Source of the DNA: Octopus vulgaris | Lineage: Eukaryota | Direction of reading: 5' to 3' | NCBI GenBank assembly: GCA_951406725.2 | Contig: OX597819.1 | Location: 29,078,001-29,142,000, forward strand | DNA: 64,000 bases | Shown here: positions 25,849 through 39,214 of the stretch, piece after piece | How the letters are laid out: every line of letters begins with the position of its first letter | Numbering within the stretch: the first letter of the stretch is position 1 | Position numbers and translations under genes: made by a program | The notes under the pieces: generated by a model | What the model saw: only the letters and a program-made list of their open reading frames with translations | What the model was told of the DNA's origin: nothing | Databases searched by the model: none

Positions 25849-26272
25849 CAGTAGAATCTCTTTAATCTGATTCTCCATAGTCTAGAAAGTTCCACTTTTA
25901 AAGTATAGTTTTTTTTACTTTCATTTCAGGCTTATGTTTTCATGAAGTTTTAAAATGTTTTTCAGTTTGAAGCTTCAGATTTTGGTAGCTTCAGATCTTG
26001 GTAGCTTCAGATCTCAGTAGCTTCAATGATTTTTCATCTATTGTTTAGCAAGTTTATTGAAGCATGAAGCAATAGAAATATACTTTTGTAATGTTCGTGA
26101 TATGGTATTATTTCTTGTTTTATGTTTTAATCTATATTTAATTACACGGATACCAGTATTTAAAGCTTTTGGACATTTGTAGGAAGTCAGAGGTTATATT
26201 TATTTTGCAATACAATATTTTATGTAATTCAGAATTTGTCCGGTCCCATGGGTATCAGATTAAAGAGTTCCA
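25849..26272. mobile_element. pogo/Tigger-like non-autonomous element
   Basis: CAGTAGAATCTCTTTAATCTGAT ... ATCAGATTAAAGAGTTC imperfect TIRs; internal short tandem repeat of AGCTTCAGAT units at 25971-26025. Confidence 0.6.
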
Positions 26273-26544
26273 AGAATATAATATATTTTGTTACACACAA
26301 TATGAATTTTTTGTTAACAGGAATATCATCATCATTTAATGATGATGATGATAATAATACATATTCTTGTTATATGTGCTACTAAATGTTACTACATAAA
26401 AAAAAACAAAATTATTCAGAAATGAAACTCATTAGGTGCAAATTAAGAATACCAAAGCTACAAAATATTGCTTGCTTTATCAAATTAATCTGAAAAAAAT
26501 TCATCATTTGTAGTTGTATAAAAGAATTTAAAATGGGATGTAGG

Positions 26545-27000
26545 TAGGTGTAACCATGGTAGATATAACCATGTTGTTAAGATGTTCAGTTCCTATTCAC
26601 ATTGTTTTGGGATTCCTTCTTTCACAGCATGACACCTTAGGCAAGTGTCTTCAGCTATAGTCACAAGATGATCAGTGCTTTCTTAGAAACCATTGTATAT
26701 ACATATGTGTGTGTGTGTGTGTGTGTGTGTAGGTATGGGCTGTGTGGTAAGAAGCTTCCTTCCCAACCACATGGTTCTCAGTTCAGTCCCACTGTGTGGA
26801 ACTTTGGATATCTTCTACTAAAGCCCTGTGAGTGGATTTGGTAGATGGAAACTGAAAGAAGCCTGTCATGTGTATGTGTGTATTTATTTGTGCCCCTGCT
26901 CACACACTTGACAACTGGTGTTGGTGTGTTTACGTCACTGTAATTAGAAGTTTGGCAAAAGAAACCAATAGAATAAGTACCAGGCTTTAGAAAAATAAGT
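26545..27000 (+). mobile_element. two adjacent SINE family A pieces
   Basis: Degenerate head at 26545-26730, second copy at 26732-27000. Confidence 0.8.
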
Positions 27001-27023
27001 AAAACAGAACTAAATGATATATA

Positions 27024-27490
27024 TCATCATCATCATTTAACATCTGCTTTCCATGCTAGCCTGGGTTGGACGATTTGACTGAGGACTGGCGAACCAGATG
27101 GCTGCACCAGGCTCCAATCTTATCTGGCAAAGTTTCTACAGCTGGATGCCCTTCCTAATGCCAACCACTCTGAGAGTGTAGTGGGTGCTTTTATGTGCTA
27201 CCGGCACGAGGGCCAGTCTGGTGGTACTGGCAACGGCCATGCTCAAATGGTGTTTTTTATGTGCCACCTGCACAGGAGTCAGTCCAGCAGTACTGGCAAT
27301 GACCTCACTCAAATGTTTTATTCATGAGCCACCGGCACAAATGCCAGTAAGGCGACGCTGGTAACGATCATGCTCAAATGGTGCTTTTTACGTGCCACTA
27401 GCACGGAAGTCAGACAGCTGCTCTGGCAGTGATCCCGATCGGATGGAGCTGTTAGTGCTCCACTGGCACAGGTGCCAGTCATCGAATTTG
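27024..27490 (-). mobile_element. RTE-tail element (family C) with ~66-bp repeats
   Basis: CATCATCATTTAAC tail; repeated GGTGCTTTTTACGTGCCAC units. Confidence 0.9.
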
Positions 27491-27819
27491 GTTCATATAT
27501 ATATATATCTTTTATACACACACACAAGCTGCCATAAATAATAGAACCCCTCTTCTCAACATCCTCTCATATTCTCATTTCGGTCATAGGAGTTCTTTAG
27601 TCATGCAAGTTACAAGGAAGCCACAGAAAAAAAAAAGAGAGGTACCCCCTCATCCACTTCCACCAACACCTTGTACACTTTGTAAAATGTTTAGAGTTGT
27701 TAGGAAGGGTTTCCAGACATAGGAACCAAGCCAAAACTTTCAACTCATTGGATTTTGTCACGTCATCTAATCCCATGCCAGCAAAGAAAACAAAAAATGA
27801 TGATGATGGTGGTGTGTAT

Positions 27820-28070
<251 letters not shown>

Positions 28071-29059
28071 GAAATCAGTTTTTATGTTTACTGATATAGA
28101 CTAGTGTTGTATTCCTTTGTGTATTCTTTTATATCCAATAAATAAAAATCAATACATACTGGTGTCAATATGACCAACTAGAAACCACTGGAAGCAGTGC
28201 CCCAGCATGACCACAGTCCAATGACTGAAACCAGTAATAAAAATACAGAGTATAAACACAAATCTAGAATGGAATCAGCTGAGAAATCTGATTCATATTT
28301 ATTGCTGAAAATAGTATAATTTCTTCAAAAGTAGTTATTGCAAAATGAAAAGAAAAAAAAACAAAACAAATGAAATCATAGAGGCAGTAAGAAAAGGTAA
28401 AATGTATTTGTGTTGGCTAATCTATGTAACATAGGATTGGTAAAGTTGAAGAATTGCTTCTAACAGAAACAATTAATATGATGAAATCATATGGAAAGAA
28501 ATCATGATGAGAAGTGAATGAACAGATGCTGTAAACTACATTTTAGCGGAAACCAGAACAACTAGAGCAAAATTATGCTAAAATGGCATGAAATAATTCT
28601 TGATGAAGGGTGAGTTATAGGATGGAGGATAAAATGAGAGGAAAAGAGAAAGGCTGAGAAAAGTAAATGAATGTAAACTATAATGGCATGGTAAAACTAC
28701 TAGTTTGATTATGGTGCAGTACACTCGTTTGTTTAATGTTTGCTGTAAAGATGAGAAAACAATTTGTTGCAAAAAATATTGGTCCGAGTATTTTCCTTGA
28801 AATGAAATAATTAGAAAAAAAAAAAAATATAGAAAATATACTACCATCATTAATATCTGAGAAGTGTCTTGGTCCATAAAATGAGCAATAATGTAACTGT
28901 AATAATTGGTAATCCCATAACAAAGTAAATTGTAGCCAAGAAGATTAAAGTAAGTTATGATGCATTTATTGAGGAGATTGTTTAAAAAAAGAAAAAAAAT
29001 TCAGTTAAGATGTAAAAAAAAAAAGTTTAAAAAGTATAAAGATGACAAAAAGATATTTT

Positions 29060-29895
29060 TCTATTAAGAGGATGTGAAGCGTCCATGAACTTTATATGTC
29101 ATGGCCAAATTGATATGGTAGATGGTTAGATTAAATGTCCACGGGGAATGCTCACAGGAAAAATGTGAGCGAGAAGAGAATTAGAAAGAATAATAGAGAA
29201 AAGTATTCAATACAAAATTTGGAGGGGAGTGTAGTGACACATTGGATGGGAACAGAGTGATGGATGGTGGGCATATATGGATGGTGTGTGTAGTTTGCTA
29301 GTGAGGAGTAGAAGTTCTTGTGGTAGCCATAGAAATGTGGGGAAAAAAAAGAGTGTTGTAGTGGGCCAATTGCTAGGTGGTGGGTGAATGGAGCAATGGA
29401 TTATGGATGTGAAGTAGAATGTTTGTGTTGCAATACTCTTGTCTCAAATATGTAAGCTCTTCTCCCATGTTTGCGTATGTTGCAGGACAATTGCCTCAGG
29501 AATATAAGTAGTATCTATATTCCAGTGCCACTGTCTCAGATTAGAGGCATGTGGCTTAGTGGTTAGGGTACTGGACTCATGATCGTAAGATTGTGGTTTC
29601 GATTACTGAACCAGGTGACGTATTGTGTTCATGAGCTGGCAAAAATGAGTAAACCTGTGATGAACCAGTGTCCATCCAGGCGCGGAATATATATGCCAGG
29701 AAACCAGGAAACTTGTGAGCTGACATGACTTTTTTTTTTTTCTTTTACTGTCTCAGATAAGTAAGCAGTACCTAAATGCTTGTATTGCAATCCCAATCTC
29801 TCAGCTATGTAAAAAGTACGCAAAACCCTAATATTTGTGCATGTAAGAGCATCACTGTCTCAGGTATGTTTGTGAGTCTCAAGCATGAGAACAGT
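29060..29895 (-). mobile_element. old CR1/Zenon-like LINE fragment interrupted by a SINE
   Basis: Degenerate similarity to 24290-24605 and 59235-59990. Confidence 0.5.
29542..29746 (+). mobile_element. tRNA-derived SINE related to family D
   Basis: A box TGGCTTAGTGG, B box GGTTTCGATT, T-rich tail; 12-bp TSD ACTGTCTCAGAT at 29530-29541 and 29747-29758. Confidence 0.88.
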
Positions 29896-31126
29896 ACAGC
29901 AGTGGATTACACTTGAGCTTTGTAAAAGAACAGTTTTGAAATATTTTGGGGGATTGAAGAAAAGATCCTAAGTCTTTAGGCTGAAGATTTGTGAATGCTA
30001 TATATGTAAGGCCAAACTACACGTCATCAGGCATGTGAAGGCCATATACATTAATTAATGAATGACAAAAGAACAGGAGTTCCATAATCATTCATTATCA
30101 TACAGTAGTTTCTGCTACAAGAAACACTGCACTTAGGGCTGAGTGCCCATGCAACATTTTATTGCTTCAGCAGAGCCATTTAAATGAAGTGACATCATTT
30201 GCATGAAAGTGATTATGTAACTCCTATTCTTTTGTCATACTTTAATTGATATTACACTCTGTACTCACATGATGCTTTTTGGGTTGTTTGTGTAGAGGCA
30301 GACTTTTCCTTGACATATATAGTGATAGTGTCTTAGAGCTGTTGGAGGCAATCATGATATCTTGTCTGCATTGAAGGCTATGCTTGAAGTATCCATCTAT
30401 AGATGCTTGTTATAAGCTATTTGTCTATATTGTGTGTGGATGATGTATGCTGATGGTTAAAAACGAATCAAGGGAAGTGTCATCTATAGAGGAGTTTGTT
30501 TCATTTAATATCTGTTTTTTTCCCACACTAGTATGGCTTAGGAATAAATTTGAAGCATGATTTTTATGAATGGATGAACTTTCTGTGGCCAACTCATAGC
30601 TGTTTTCCAAGTAAATGATTTTTATTCCAGAGGAATTTGAAAGTACAGAGCTAGGGGATGATATTTTTGACAGGAAATGTAATGTCAATACACTTCATTG
30701 GTAGCAGCTCAACTACAAATGATGATGTCACTGTTTGTAGCTGACTTGCATCACTGTCTATACTCATAACTACTCAACATATATTTGAAAACATTTATAT
30801 CTTCAGTCACGTTTTTGATCACTCATAAGTCAGGCTTTACTCATTTTAATCTCAACAAAGTATTTTTTTAAAAATATGTTTAAAAAATAAGTATTGTACT
30901 GAGTATAGATATTCTATTTCTTAGAAAAGAACCAGACATACTCCAACACTCACTGTACTCCCATAGCACCTCCTTGTGAGCTTATAATACTCCCAAGACG
31001 ATGCAACCTTTCATCTTGAGAACTACTGCTGTAAACAATACTATCTCATAGAACCACAGGCTATTCTTTTGGAGTGCCTTTTCTCATCTTAGAATATGTG
31101 CTGTTAACTACAAGGCTGCTAATTAA

Positions 31127-31317
31127 CCCTTTCATTACCAACCCAGCTGAAACTGGCTCTGGCTCTGAATACAAATGTCTTGTTTTCATATTGCTCACAA
31201 TTTATGTTACTAGCACTAGCTGAATGACAACTAAGTTATTTTACTAAATTCTTTGTTATATTTAAAGTAATTGAAAGAAACACTGAGCATCTCAAAATAA
31301 ATACAGTAACGAAAGGG
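31127..31317. mobile_element. piggyBac-type MITE (same family as 10770-10990, ~30-bp internal deletion)
   Basis: TTAA TSDs at 31123-31126 and 31318-31321; TIR CCCTTTCATTAC / GTAACGAAAGGG. Confidence 0.92.
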
Positions 31318-31967
31318 TTAAGCAGCTCATCAATAAAGTGAAAATGCTTATTATAAAACTAGAACCCTTCCTCACCAAAAAAAAAAAAAAGAAGCTGAAT
31401 TGACTTTTTAAAAAAATTTCTTTAATTTCATTAGCATAATGAGTAACTTGGGTATATCTTCAAACAATGAATGAAACTGCATGCTGTAGAGTTGGACACT
31501 TCAATGAAAGTATAGGTATATCTCAAACAGTCTTTGTAAAAATTTTCACAAGGCAAAGTCTAAACTAAGGAAAAATTTGTTTACATTGCTGGAGATGTAA
31601 ATCGATATTTCTTGACTTTACAGTATCAGCAGCTTTTATGAAAATAGACTTCATGACATACAAAAAAAAAAGCCATATAATGAAAAATCAAGTGTATAGA
31701 AAACGAAATATTTGTTTCAATGTTTTTGATAAGACCAGATAACAAGTTCTGTATCATGGCTAAGAAACCTTGTGTGAGACCCAGTTTTCATTATTGTGAA
31801 CGAAAGTTCAACAGTCAGAAGTGTTCTATAGTCAAAATAGCAATTGATAATAGATAAAAGTTTGAATTCAAACCGTGTTAAATACTTTATGACATGCTCT
31901 AGGCACATGAATTGCTAAGACATTTCTGGAATACCTCTTTGTTCGTAAAATGAATGCATATTATAAA

Positions 31968-32200
31968 ACATCATCATCATTCTAATGTCCACTTTTCCAT
32001 GCTGGCATGCATTGGATGGAATTTGTTGAGGTGGATATTTTTATAGCCAAATAACCTTCCTGTTGTCAACTCTCACCTGTCTCCAAGTAAGGTAATATTT
32101 TACCATGACCAGACAAGTTTTCATAGTAGATTCGAAATGAAGGACACTATTTATAAGATGGTAACACTCGTTTTCAACAATCACACAGATCAAGGCAAGG
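31968..32200 (-). mobile_element. family-C-type tail element
   Basis: CATCATCATCATTCTAATGTCCACTTTTCCATGC. Confidence 0.75.
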
Positions 32201-32371
32201 AGCTTGTAACTTCCTGTTATCAGTCACTTGGCCTCCCTTGATGATTATACTAGCTCTTCTGTTTTCCTTTTTCTCTCCTTCCCACTTACATTTTGGTTTT
32301 GATAGAAGTGTGGAATTATAAGGCTTTGAATACCTGTTTTCTGCTTACTATTTCTTTCTATATGCACACAT

Positions 32372-33125
32372 GCAGTTTCAGTCTACAAAATCCACTCACA
32401 AGTCTTTAGTTGGCCTGGAGCCATAGTAGAAGATACTTACCAAGGTGCCACACAGTTGGACTGAACCTGAAGTGATATGGTTGGGAAGCAAGCTTCTTAG
32501 TACACCTATATATATATGTGTGTGTGTATATATATATATATCACTGTGATCGACCAGGCTATCAGATGTTGCTACACATCGCTGGTCACAATGCACTTCG
32601 CATTGTTTTAACCTTCAAATGACGTCACCCCGCTGGCTAAGCGAGCAGGCCAATATATATATATATATATATATTTCTTTATTGCTCACAAGGAGCTAAA
32701 CAGAGGGGACAAACAAGGACAGACGAATGGATTAAGTCGATTACAGCGACCCCAGTGCGTAACTGGTACTTAATTTATCGACCCTGAAAAGATGAAAGGC
32801 AAAGTCGACCTCGGCGGAATTTGAACTCAGAACATAAAGGGCAGACGAAATATGGCTACGCATTTCGCCCGGTGTGCTAACGATTCTGCCAACTTAGTAT
32901 CAAGTTCCATACTTTTGATAATTGTTTTAGGTGTACATATATTGTCTTGGATAGATACAGACTCGTCCACTTGGCTGAGTTAAGCAGGTACTCATTACAG
33001 CTGGATTGACTGGAGTAATGTGACATAAAATGTCTTGCTCGAGGGCACAATACATTGCCCGACACTGAAATTGAACCCACAACCTTATGATCATGAATCC
33101 AACTGCCTAATCACTAGGGTACCTA
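32372..33125 (-). mobile_element. cluster of minus-strand SINEs (A 32372-32510; CpG-rich SINE 3' part 32541-32653; B 32672-32893; D-like head 32960-33125)
   Basis: Family cores recognisable in each piece. Confidence 0.8.
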
Positions 33126-34029
33126 TCTTTATACACACACACACACACATTTTTTTTAAATACTTAAAAGTCTTTATAGTATTCTAGCAAACACATCTAA
33201 AATGTATGAAGCCTAATAACAAAAATCAATATATGTTTATACAATTGTCTACACAGCTATCTATGTATATGTTTCTTTCCTTAAGTGAGAGAGAGAGAGA
33301 GGGAAGGAAAGAGTGAAGGAAAGAGTGAAGAAGAGAATAAAGAAGAAAAAGAAATCGAAATTTACTTGGTATTAGTTTTTGCATGTCCATTAACAAAATT
33401 CTTCCTATCCATTAGCCCCATCAGACTTTCATATCAACAAGATTTTCATATATTTGAAATACAATCACTAAAGAGTATATACCATCTAATTTCTGTATGA
33501 ACTTTTTAGATGACTTATTACTAGTAATAACTAATAACAATTAGTTTAGACTCTTTTCACTCTTAGATGCAATGTGAGAGTACATGAAGGTGGATTAGAA
33601 TTGAACTAAGAATTATCTGAGTATAGAGGGCATCAGACAACTAAAGCATGTTTTTGTAAAACAGAAAAGATGTTGATAGCCTAAATCCTTCTCTGTATCG
33701 TCAATATAAAGTATTTGAGAACTAACTCCCTAAATATTAGAGTGTACAGTTCCTAATGAGTGCCTTAAAAGGTACTGAAACTTGTTGAACGGAACCCATT
33801 TTTTTCTGTCCACAAGGTGATTATATAGATGTTTGTTTATACTTGGTCAGCGTATCTCTTATTATTTATACTGTGTTGGCTAAAACTCCAAGAATTATAA
33901 AGATAAGCCTGATGTAGATTTACTCTATTGTATAATTATAGTCCTTAAAATACTGTTTAGCCTATCACTAATTAAGTAATTAACTCCCTTCAGCCTTGTG
34001 GGAAAATTTGATTATTTAAAAAAGGTCAA

Positions 34030-34925
34030 GAGTAACTCCTCTACAGAAAATTTGGAGAAAGGGACCCTAAAGAAGATATGCTTAACCAATATCTAGCATC
34101 CTGCAGTACCATGGATGCTACTTTATAGCAAATCCATGAGTGGAAATGTGTAAGTGTGCTTGGGTCTAGGTACCTGGTTCAGGAAACAGCCCAGGCACAG
34201 TATAGTTGACCCAAGGTTAAACTACAATGACAAGTATTCAAGAATTACAGCTCCAGACATCTAGCTACAAGGTAGTAAAGAATATTCAGTGATTTCCAGG
34301 GAAATAGCTGCAGACACCAGTGATAATCGCAAAAACTACCCAGAGTTCATCACCAAGAATGGTTCACAACCGGACATCATCTTACGGTCTGAACAGGGTG
34401 CCAGAGTGATTATCATTTGTGCTGTATAGAAGAACAAATGAGCAAATATGGTGAGCTGGCAAAACAACTAGGGACTGAGGGTTACCACTGTACTGTGAAA
34501 CCAGTTGAAGTCAGATTGTGAAGATTCATGGCTGCATCAACCTGTTGGCTACTCAGGCAATTGAGTATCAAACACTGCAGAAGAACTACCACAATTAAAC
34601 ACTTGTCTGATGTTACTGAAAAGAGCTCAATGTGAACATGGGTGAAGAGGAATGACCAATGGACATAGTTATGGATTCCATTGGTTATTTACAGGAATAG
34701 AAGTAAGAAGAGAACTGGTTCCTTTCTCAGTCTGAGTGGCCTGGTGGGCTGACACACAGACTTGGGAAATCCCAATGGAAACAGGATTTTGAAAAGCAGC
34801 AGGAGGATACCTAAGAGTCATGACCTTGGTGGTGCCAGCTCCCACAGAGTATCAAGTATAAGGGCCGAAACACTTGTCAGATGGGAGTTCTTCCTTTGAA
34901 GATCTTCCCTCATCTTGCATTGAGT
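34030..34925 (+). mobile_element. HERO-clade non-LTR retrotransposon 3' fragment (RLE domain plus 3' UTR)
   Basis: YPEFITKNGSQPDIILRSEQGARVIII..KYGELAKQLGTEGYHCTVKPVEV..FMAASTCWLLRQL..VTEKSSM*TWVKRNDQWT* (stop 34666-34668). Confidence 0.85.
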
Positions 34926-35464
34926 TTGTTATCCTTTTTTTTAGTGACAATGGAATGTGAATGACACATTTAAGGGTCAGTGTCCAACACTTTAGCCACA
35001 AAGTCTTCTAGTGAGGCAGAGAGCTGGTAGCAACATTAGAATGTTAGCTAGACTGCATTGAAGTATTTTTTCCTGGCTCTGAGCTCTGAGTTCAAATCTT
35101 GCTGAGCTCAAACTTACCTTTCATCCTTTCAAGGTTCATAAATAAAGTACCAGTACCAGTCCAGTACTGGACTCGATTCTTCTTCCCTACCACTTGGTTC
35201 CTCCTTAGAAGAAATCAGCTGTGTTCAAACCTGAAGTGAGATGGACTCGAAAGAGTACAAAATACTCAAACCATGCTGTATGTCATGATAGCACCTATAC
35301 AACTACATCAGGAGTTGAAGCTCAAGGATGAACTCTACCTAGCAGTTTATACTCCTTGCTTTGCACTGACTTGTCAAATACTACTAGATAGACACCTGTG
35401 TTCCAAAAATTAGACTATCAGGGGAAGAGATACAATCATTTTTTTTATTGTCTTATATGTTTCA

Positions 35465-36325
35465 TATTTCCTTATTGCTCACAAGGGGCTAAACATAGAG
35501 GGGACAAACAAGGACAGACAAAGAGATTAAGCTGATTACATCGGCCCCAGTGTGTAACTGGTACTTAATTTATCAACCCCGAAAGGATGAAAGGCAAAGT
35601 AGACCTTGGCGGAATTTGAACTCAGAACATAATGGCAGACGAAATCCCACTAAGCATTTCGCCTGGCGTGCTAATGTTTCTGCCAGCTTGCCGCCTTGTC
35701 TTATGTGTTTCAGTCATTAGACTGCGGCCATGCTGGAGCACCACATTGAAGAAACTGACCCCAGTGAATGCTTTTTTTTAAAACCTGGTACTTATTCTGT
35801 CAGTCTCTTATTACTGAACCACTAGGTTATGGGGATGTAAACAAACCAACACCAGAGGTTGTTAAGCAGTGATGGGGACAAACACAGACACAAAGAAAGA
35901 CTCACACATATATATACAATGGCCTTCTTTCAGTTTCTTATTTCTTTATTGCCCACAAGGGGCTAAACATAGAGGGGACAAACAAAGGGATTAAGTCGAT
36001 TACATCGATTTCAGTGCGTAACTGGTACTTAATTTACTGACCCCGAAAGGATGAAAGGCAAAGTCGACCTCGGCAGAATTTGAACTCAGAACGTAATGGC
36101 AGACGTAATACCACTAAGCACTTCGCCCAGCATGTTAATGTTTTAGCCAGCCCACCGCCTTTTCAGTTTTCTTTCAGTTTCTGCCTACCAAATCCACTCC
36201 CAAGGCTTTGGTAAGCCTGAAGCTGCAGTAGGTGACACTTGCCCAAGGTGCCATGCAGTGAAACTGAACCCAGAACCATGCGGTTGGGAAGCAAGCTTCT
36301 TACCACACAGCCATTCTTACACCTA
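35465..36325 (-). mobile_element. SINE family A with two nested family B insertions (35465-35697 and 35936-36161)
   Basis: Near-duplicated flanks TTGTCTTAT(A/G)TGTTTCA and TTTCAGTTT around the B copies. Confidence 0.88.
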
Positions 36326-36684
36326 CAATGTAGAGAATGTTCTTTTTTTTCTTTTACTGTTGAATGTTCTTGAGTGAAGCTTTGTCAATCAGTCAGATAG
36401 TAATATGTGTGTGTGCACATGTGTGTTTGTTTATTGCACCATGAGAGAAGTCTGGACAGTTTTCAGTGAGTGGTGGGCATGGGAAGAATAAGAATAAAAA
36501 AAAAAAACATTTTAATCTCCTGAAATATTCAATCTAATTACAGAATTTCCAGAATCTGACAGTGCATTGTATTTTTCTGTTCTTTAGTTCTTTTTAATTT
36601 TTTGGTATATTTTCCTCCAGTATGAATCCATTTTAATTTTGTCTTGGTAATATATTTCAAGAGAATAATATTGTACTTATAAAC

Positions 36685-36836
36685 GCAAACATGGCTGTGT
36701 GGTTAAGAGGTTTGGCTCATGACTACTTGTTTTAGCATTCAGTCTCACTATATGGAACCTTGGGCAATTATTTTCTGATATAACTCCAGGCCTAGTAATT
36801 TGATAGACAATGCAGGAGTTCCTTGTATTTACATGT

Positions 36837-36869
<33 letters not shown>

Positions 36870-37670
36870 ACATGTGTATGTGTGCTGTAGTGTTTGTTTC
36901 TTGCCACTTGACAATCAGTGATGGTTTTATCTTTTTTTCTTTCTTTTTATCTTTTTTACTTGTTTCAGTCATAAGATTGTGGCCATGCATAGGCACTGAA
37001 TTTGAAGAAGTTTTAGTCAAACGAATCAACCTCAGTACTTATTCTGTCAGTCTCTTTTGCTGAACTGCTAATTTACGAGGATGTAAACATACCAACATCG
37101 GTTGTCAAGTGGTGTCGGGGAACAAACACAGACACAAAGACACACACACACATGACAGCTTCTTTCAGTTTCCATCTATCAAATCCACACACAAGGCTTT
37201 GGTTGGCCTGAGGTTATAGCAGAAGACACTTGCCCAAAGTGCCACGCAGTGGGACTGTACCCAGAACCATGCGATTGGGAAGCAAACTTCTTATCATGCA
37301 ACCACATCTGTGCCTAGACAGACAAACAGAATAAGGACTGGAATCAACTTGATCGACTAAAACGGTCAAAGTGGTACCCCAGCATGGCCACAGTCCAATC
37401 ACTGAGACAAGCAAAAGAAAAGGATATCTTTTACCTTTTACTCATTTCAGCTATTGGACTCTGGCCATGCTGGGGTACCACCTTGAAAGGTCTTGTAAAA
37501 CATATCACCCCAGATCTTGTTTTTAAGCCTAGTACAGAAATCCACCCACGAGGTTTTGGTTGGCCTAGGGTGATCATAGGAGACATTTGCTCAAGGTGTC
37601 ATGCAATGTAACTGAACCGGGAACCATGTGGTTTTGAGGCATACTTTTTACCACACAGCTAAGCTTGCAT
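36685..37670. mobile_element. four family A SINE pieces in alternating orientation (+,-,+,-)
   Basis: 36685-36920 (+), 36945-37315 (-), 37330-37420 (+ tail), 37425-37670 (-). Confidence 0.82.
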
Positions 37671-38140
37671 AAATTAATTAGCAGTAAGTTTTCATATTAG
37701 TCTGACTATGAAAAATTATTGTCAGCAATGAAGTTTTCCTATGAATACTTATGAACAAAAATAGCCTCATCAATGTCATTAAATCATTGAACGAATGACA
37801 GGAATACTATTGATTTACTAATAATTAGTGACTCAAATAATTACATGTATTAATTAATAAATTATTTACAGGCTAAATTAAATATTTGCATTAAAATTTA
37901 ATATGCACAAAGGAACACAAAGCAAAAAAACTACATACATACATAAAAATGACAAGTTTAATACAACCCATGATGAACATTATGAGGAAAGCTTAAATTT
38001 ACAATGTATATAAAACACCTTTACCACACACAAACACACCGAATGTATATATGTATGTATTAATTAGTTGTGAATAGATTTACTTAGAGTTAATAAAGAA
38101 CTAATTACTAAATACACACAGATGGGTGTATGCATAAAAA

Positions 38141-38178
<38 letters not shown>

Positions 38179-38226
38179 TAAATAAATGGAGTTGAACACA
38201 GATGTTATCAAAATTCTTTTACTTTC

Positions 38227-38299
38227 GACATATGTTTCGAAGACAACATTGGTTTTATTCCAAAGGAATAAACAGTGTAAAAGGCAATCTTCTCATCAG
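38227..38299 (-). ncRNA. hammerhead-ribozyme core with palindromic short stem III (Penelope-type)
   Basis: Minus strand CUGAUGA-GAAGA-[inner hairpin UUUAUUCC/GGAAUAAA]-UCUUC-GAAA-CAUAUGUC; stem I not evident. Confidence 0.6.
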
Positions 38300-38487
38300 T
38301 TATTTACTTATACTACACAAATTACTGCACATTAACCCGGAGGTTCTACCTTTGAATAGGTCGCTTCATCCGTGTTACTTGCGTGAATTTTGCTACCCTG
38401 GTAACTGTTAATTGAATTTTCCATGTTAATGGTAAACAAAGGATAATTCATTCATCCATTTACATATATATATATATATATATATAT

Positions 38488-38935
38488 CTTTTATCTTTTA
38501 CTTGTTTCAGTCATTAGTCTGCAGCCATGGTGGGACATCACCTTGGAGAATTTTTAGTCAAACAAATTTTTAGTCAAATCCCAGTACTTGCTGTTTGTTT
38601 TGCTTTTTTAAGCCTGTTACTTATTTTATCAGTCTTTGTTGCTGAACTGTTAAGTTACAGTGACATAAACTCAGGAACACAGATTGTCAAGTGGTAGTGA
38701 GGGACAAACACAAACACACACACATTTATACATATATATATATATATTATATTATATATTATATATATATATATATATATGGTGGGCTTTCAGTTTCCAT
38801 CAACCAAATCCACTCATTTTATCAGATTGCCTCTGGCCAACTAGAAGACACTTGCCCAAGGTATCACACAGTGGGACTGAACCTGGAACCATGTGGTTGA
38901 GAAGCAAGCTTCCTACCACACAGACATGCCTGTGC
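38488..38935 (-). mobile_element. SINE family A
   Basis: Full reverse-complement head, core and tail. Confidence 0.88.
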
Positions 38936-38944
38936 ATACATGCA

Positions 38945-39212
38945 TACATATCTGTTAACTCTGCTGCCACCCATATCCTGTTGTTTCTCCACTTATCCAT
39001 TTTATTAGTCTTCAGCATTCTGCTTTCCATGTCTCTTTGTGTTGATCTTAATTTATTTTCAATGCTCTTGTTCGTTGTCCAAGTTTCTGATGCATATGTA
39101 ATGGTAGGCAACACACACTGGTTGAAGACCATTTCTTTTAGACACGTGGACAAATTACTGCTCATAATGTGATTCAATTTACCAAAGGCAACCCATCATA
39201 ATTGTATTCACC
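38945..39212 (-). mobile_element. RTE LINE C-terminal fragment
   Basis: LKEMVFNQCVLPTITYASETWTTNKSIENKLRSTQRDMESRML. Confidence 0.85.
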
Positions 39213-39214
39213 AT

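Noticed and set aside
29900-31030. Possible hAT-like element (TTGAGAACTACTG right end) with ORF 30425-30688
   Set aside because: No matching left TIR or 8-bp TSD, and no transposase motif recognised.
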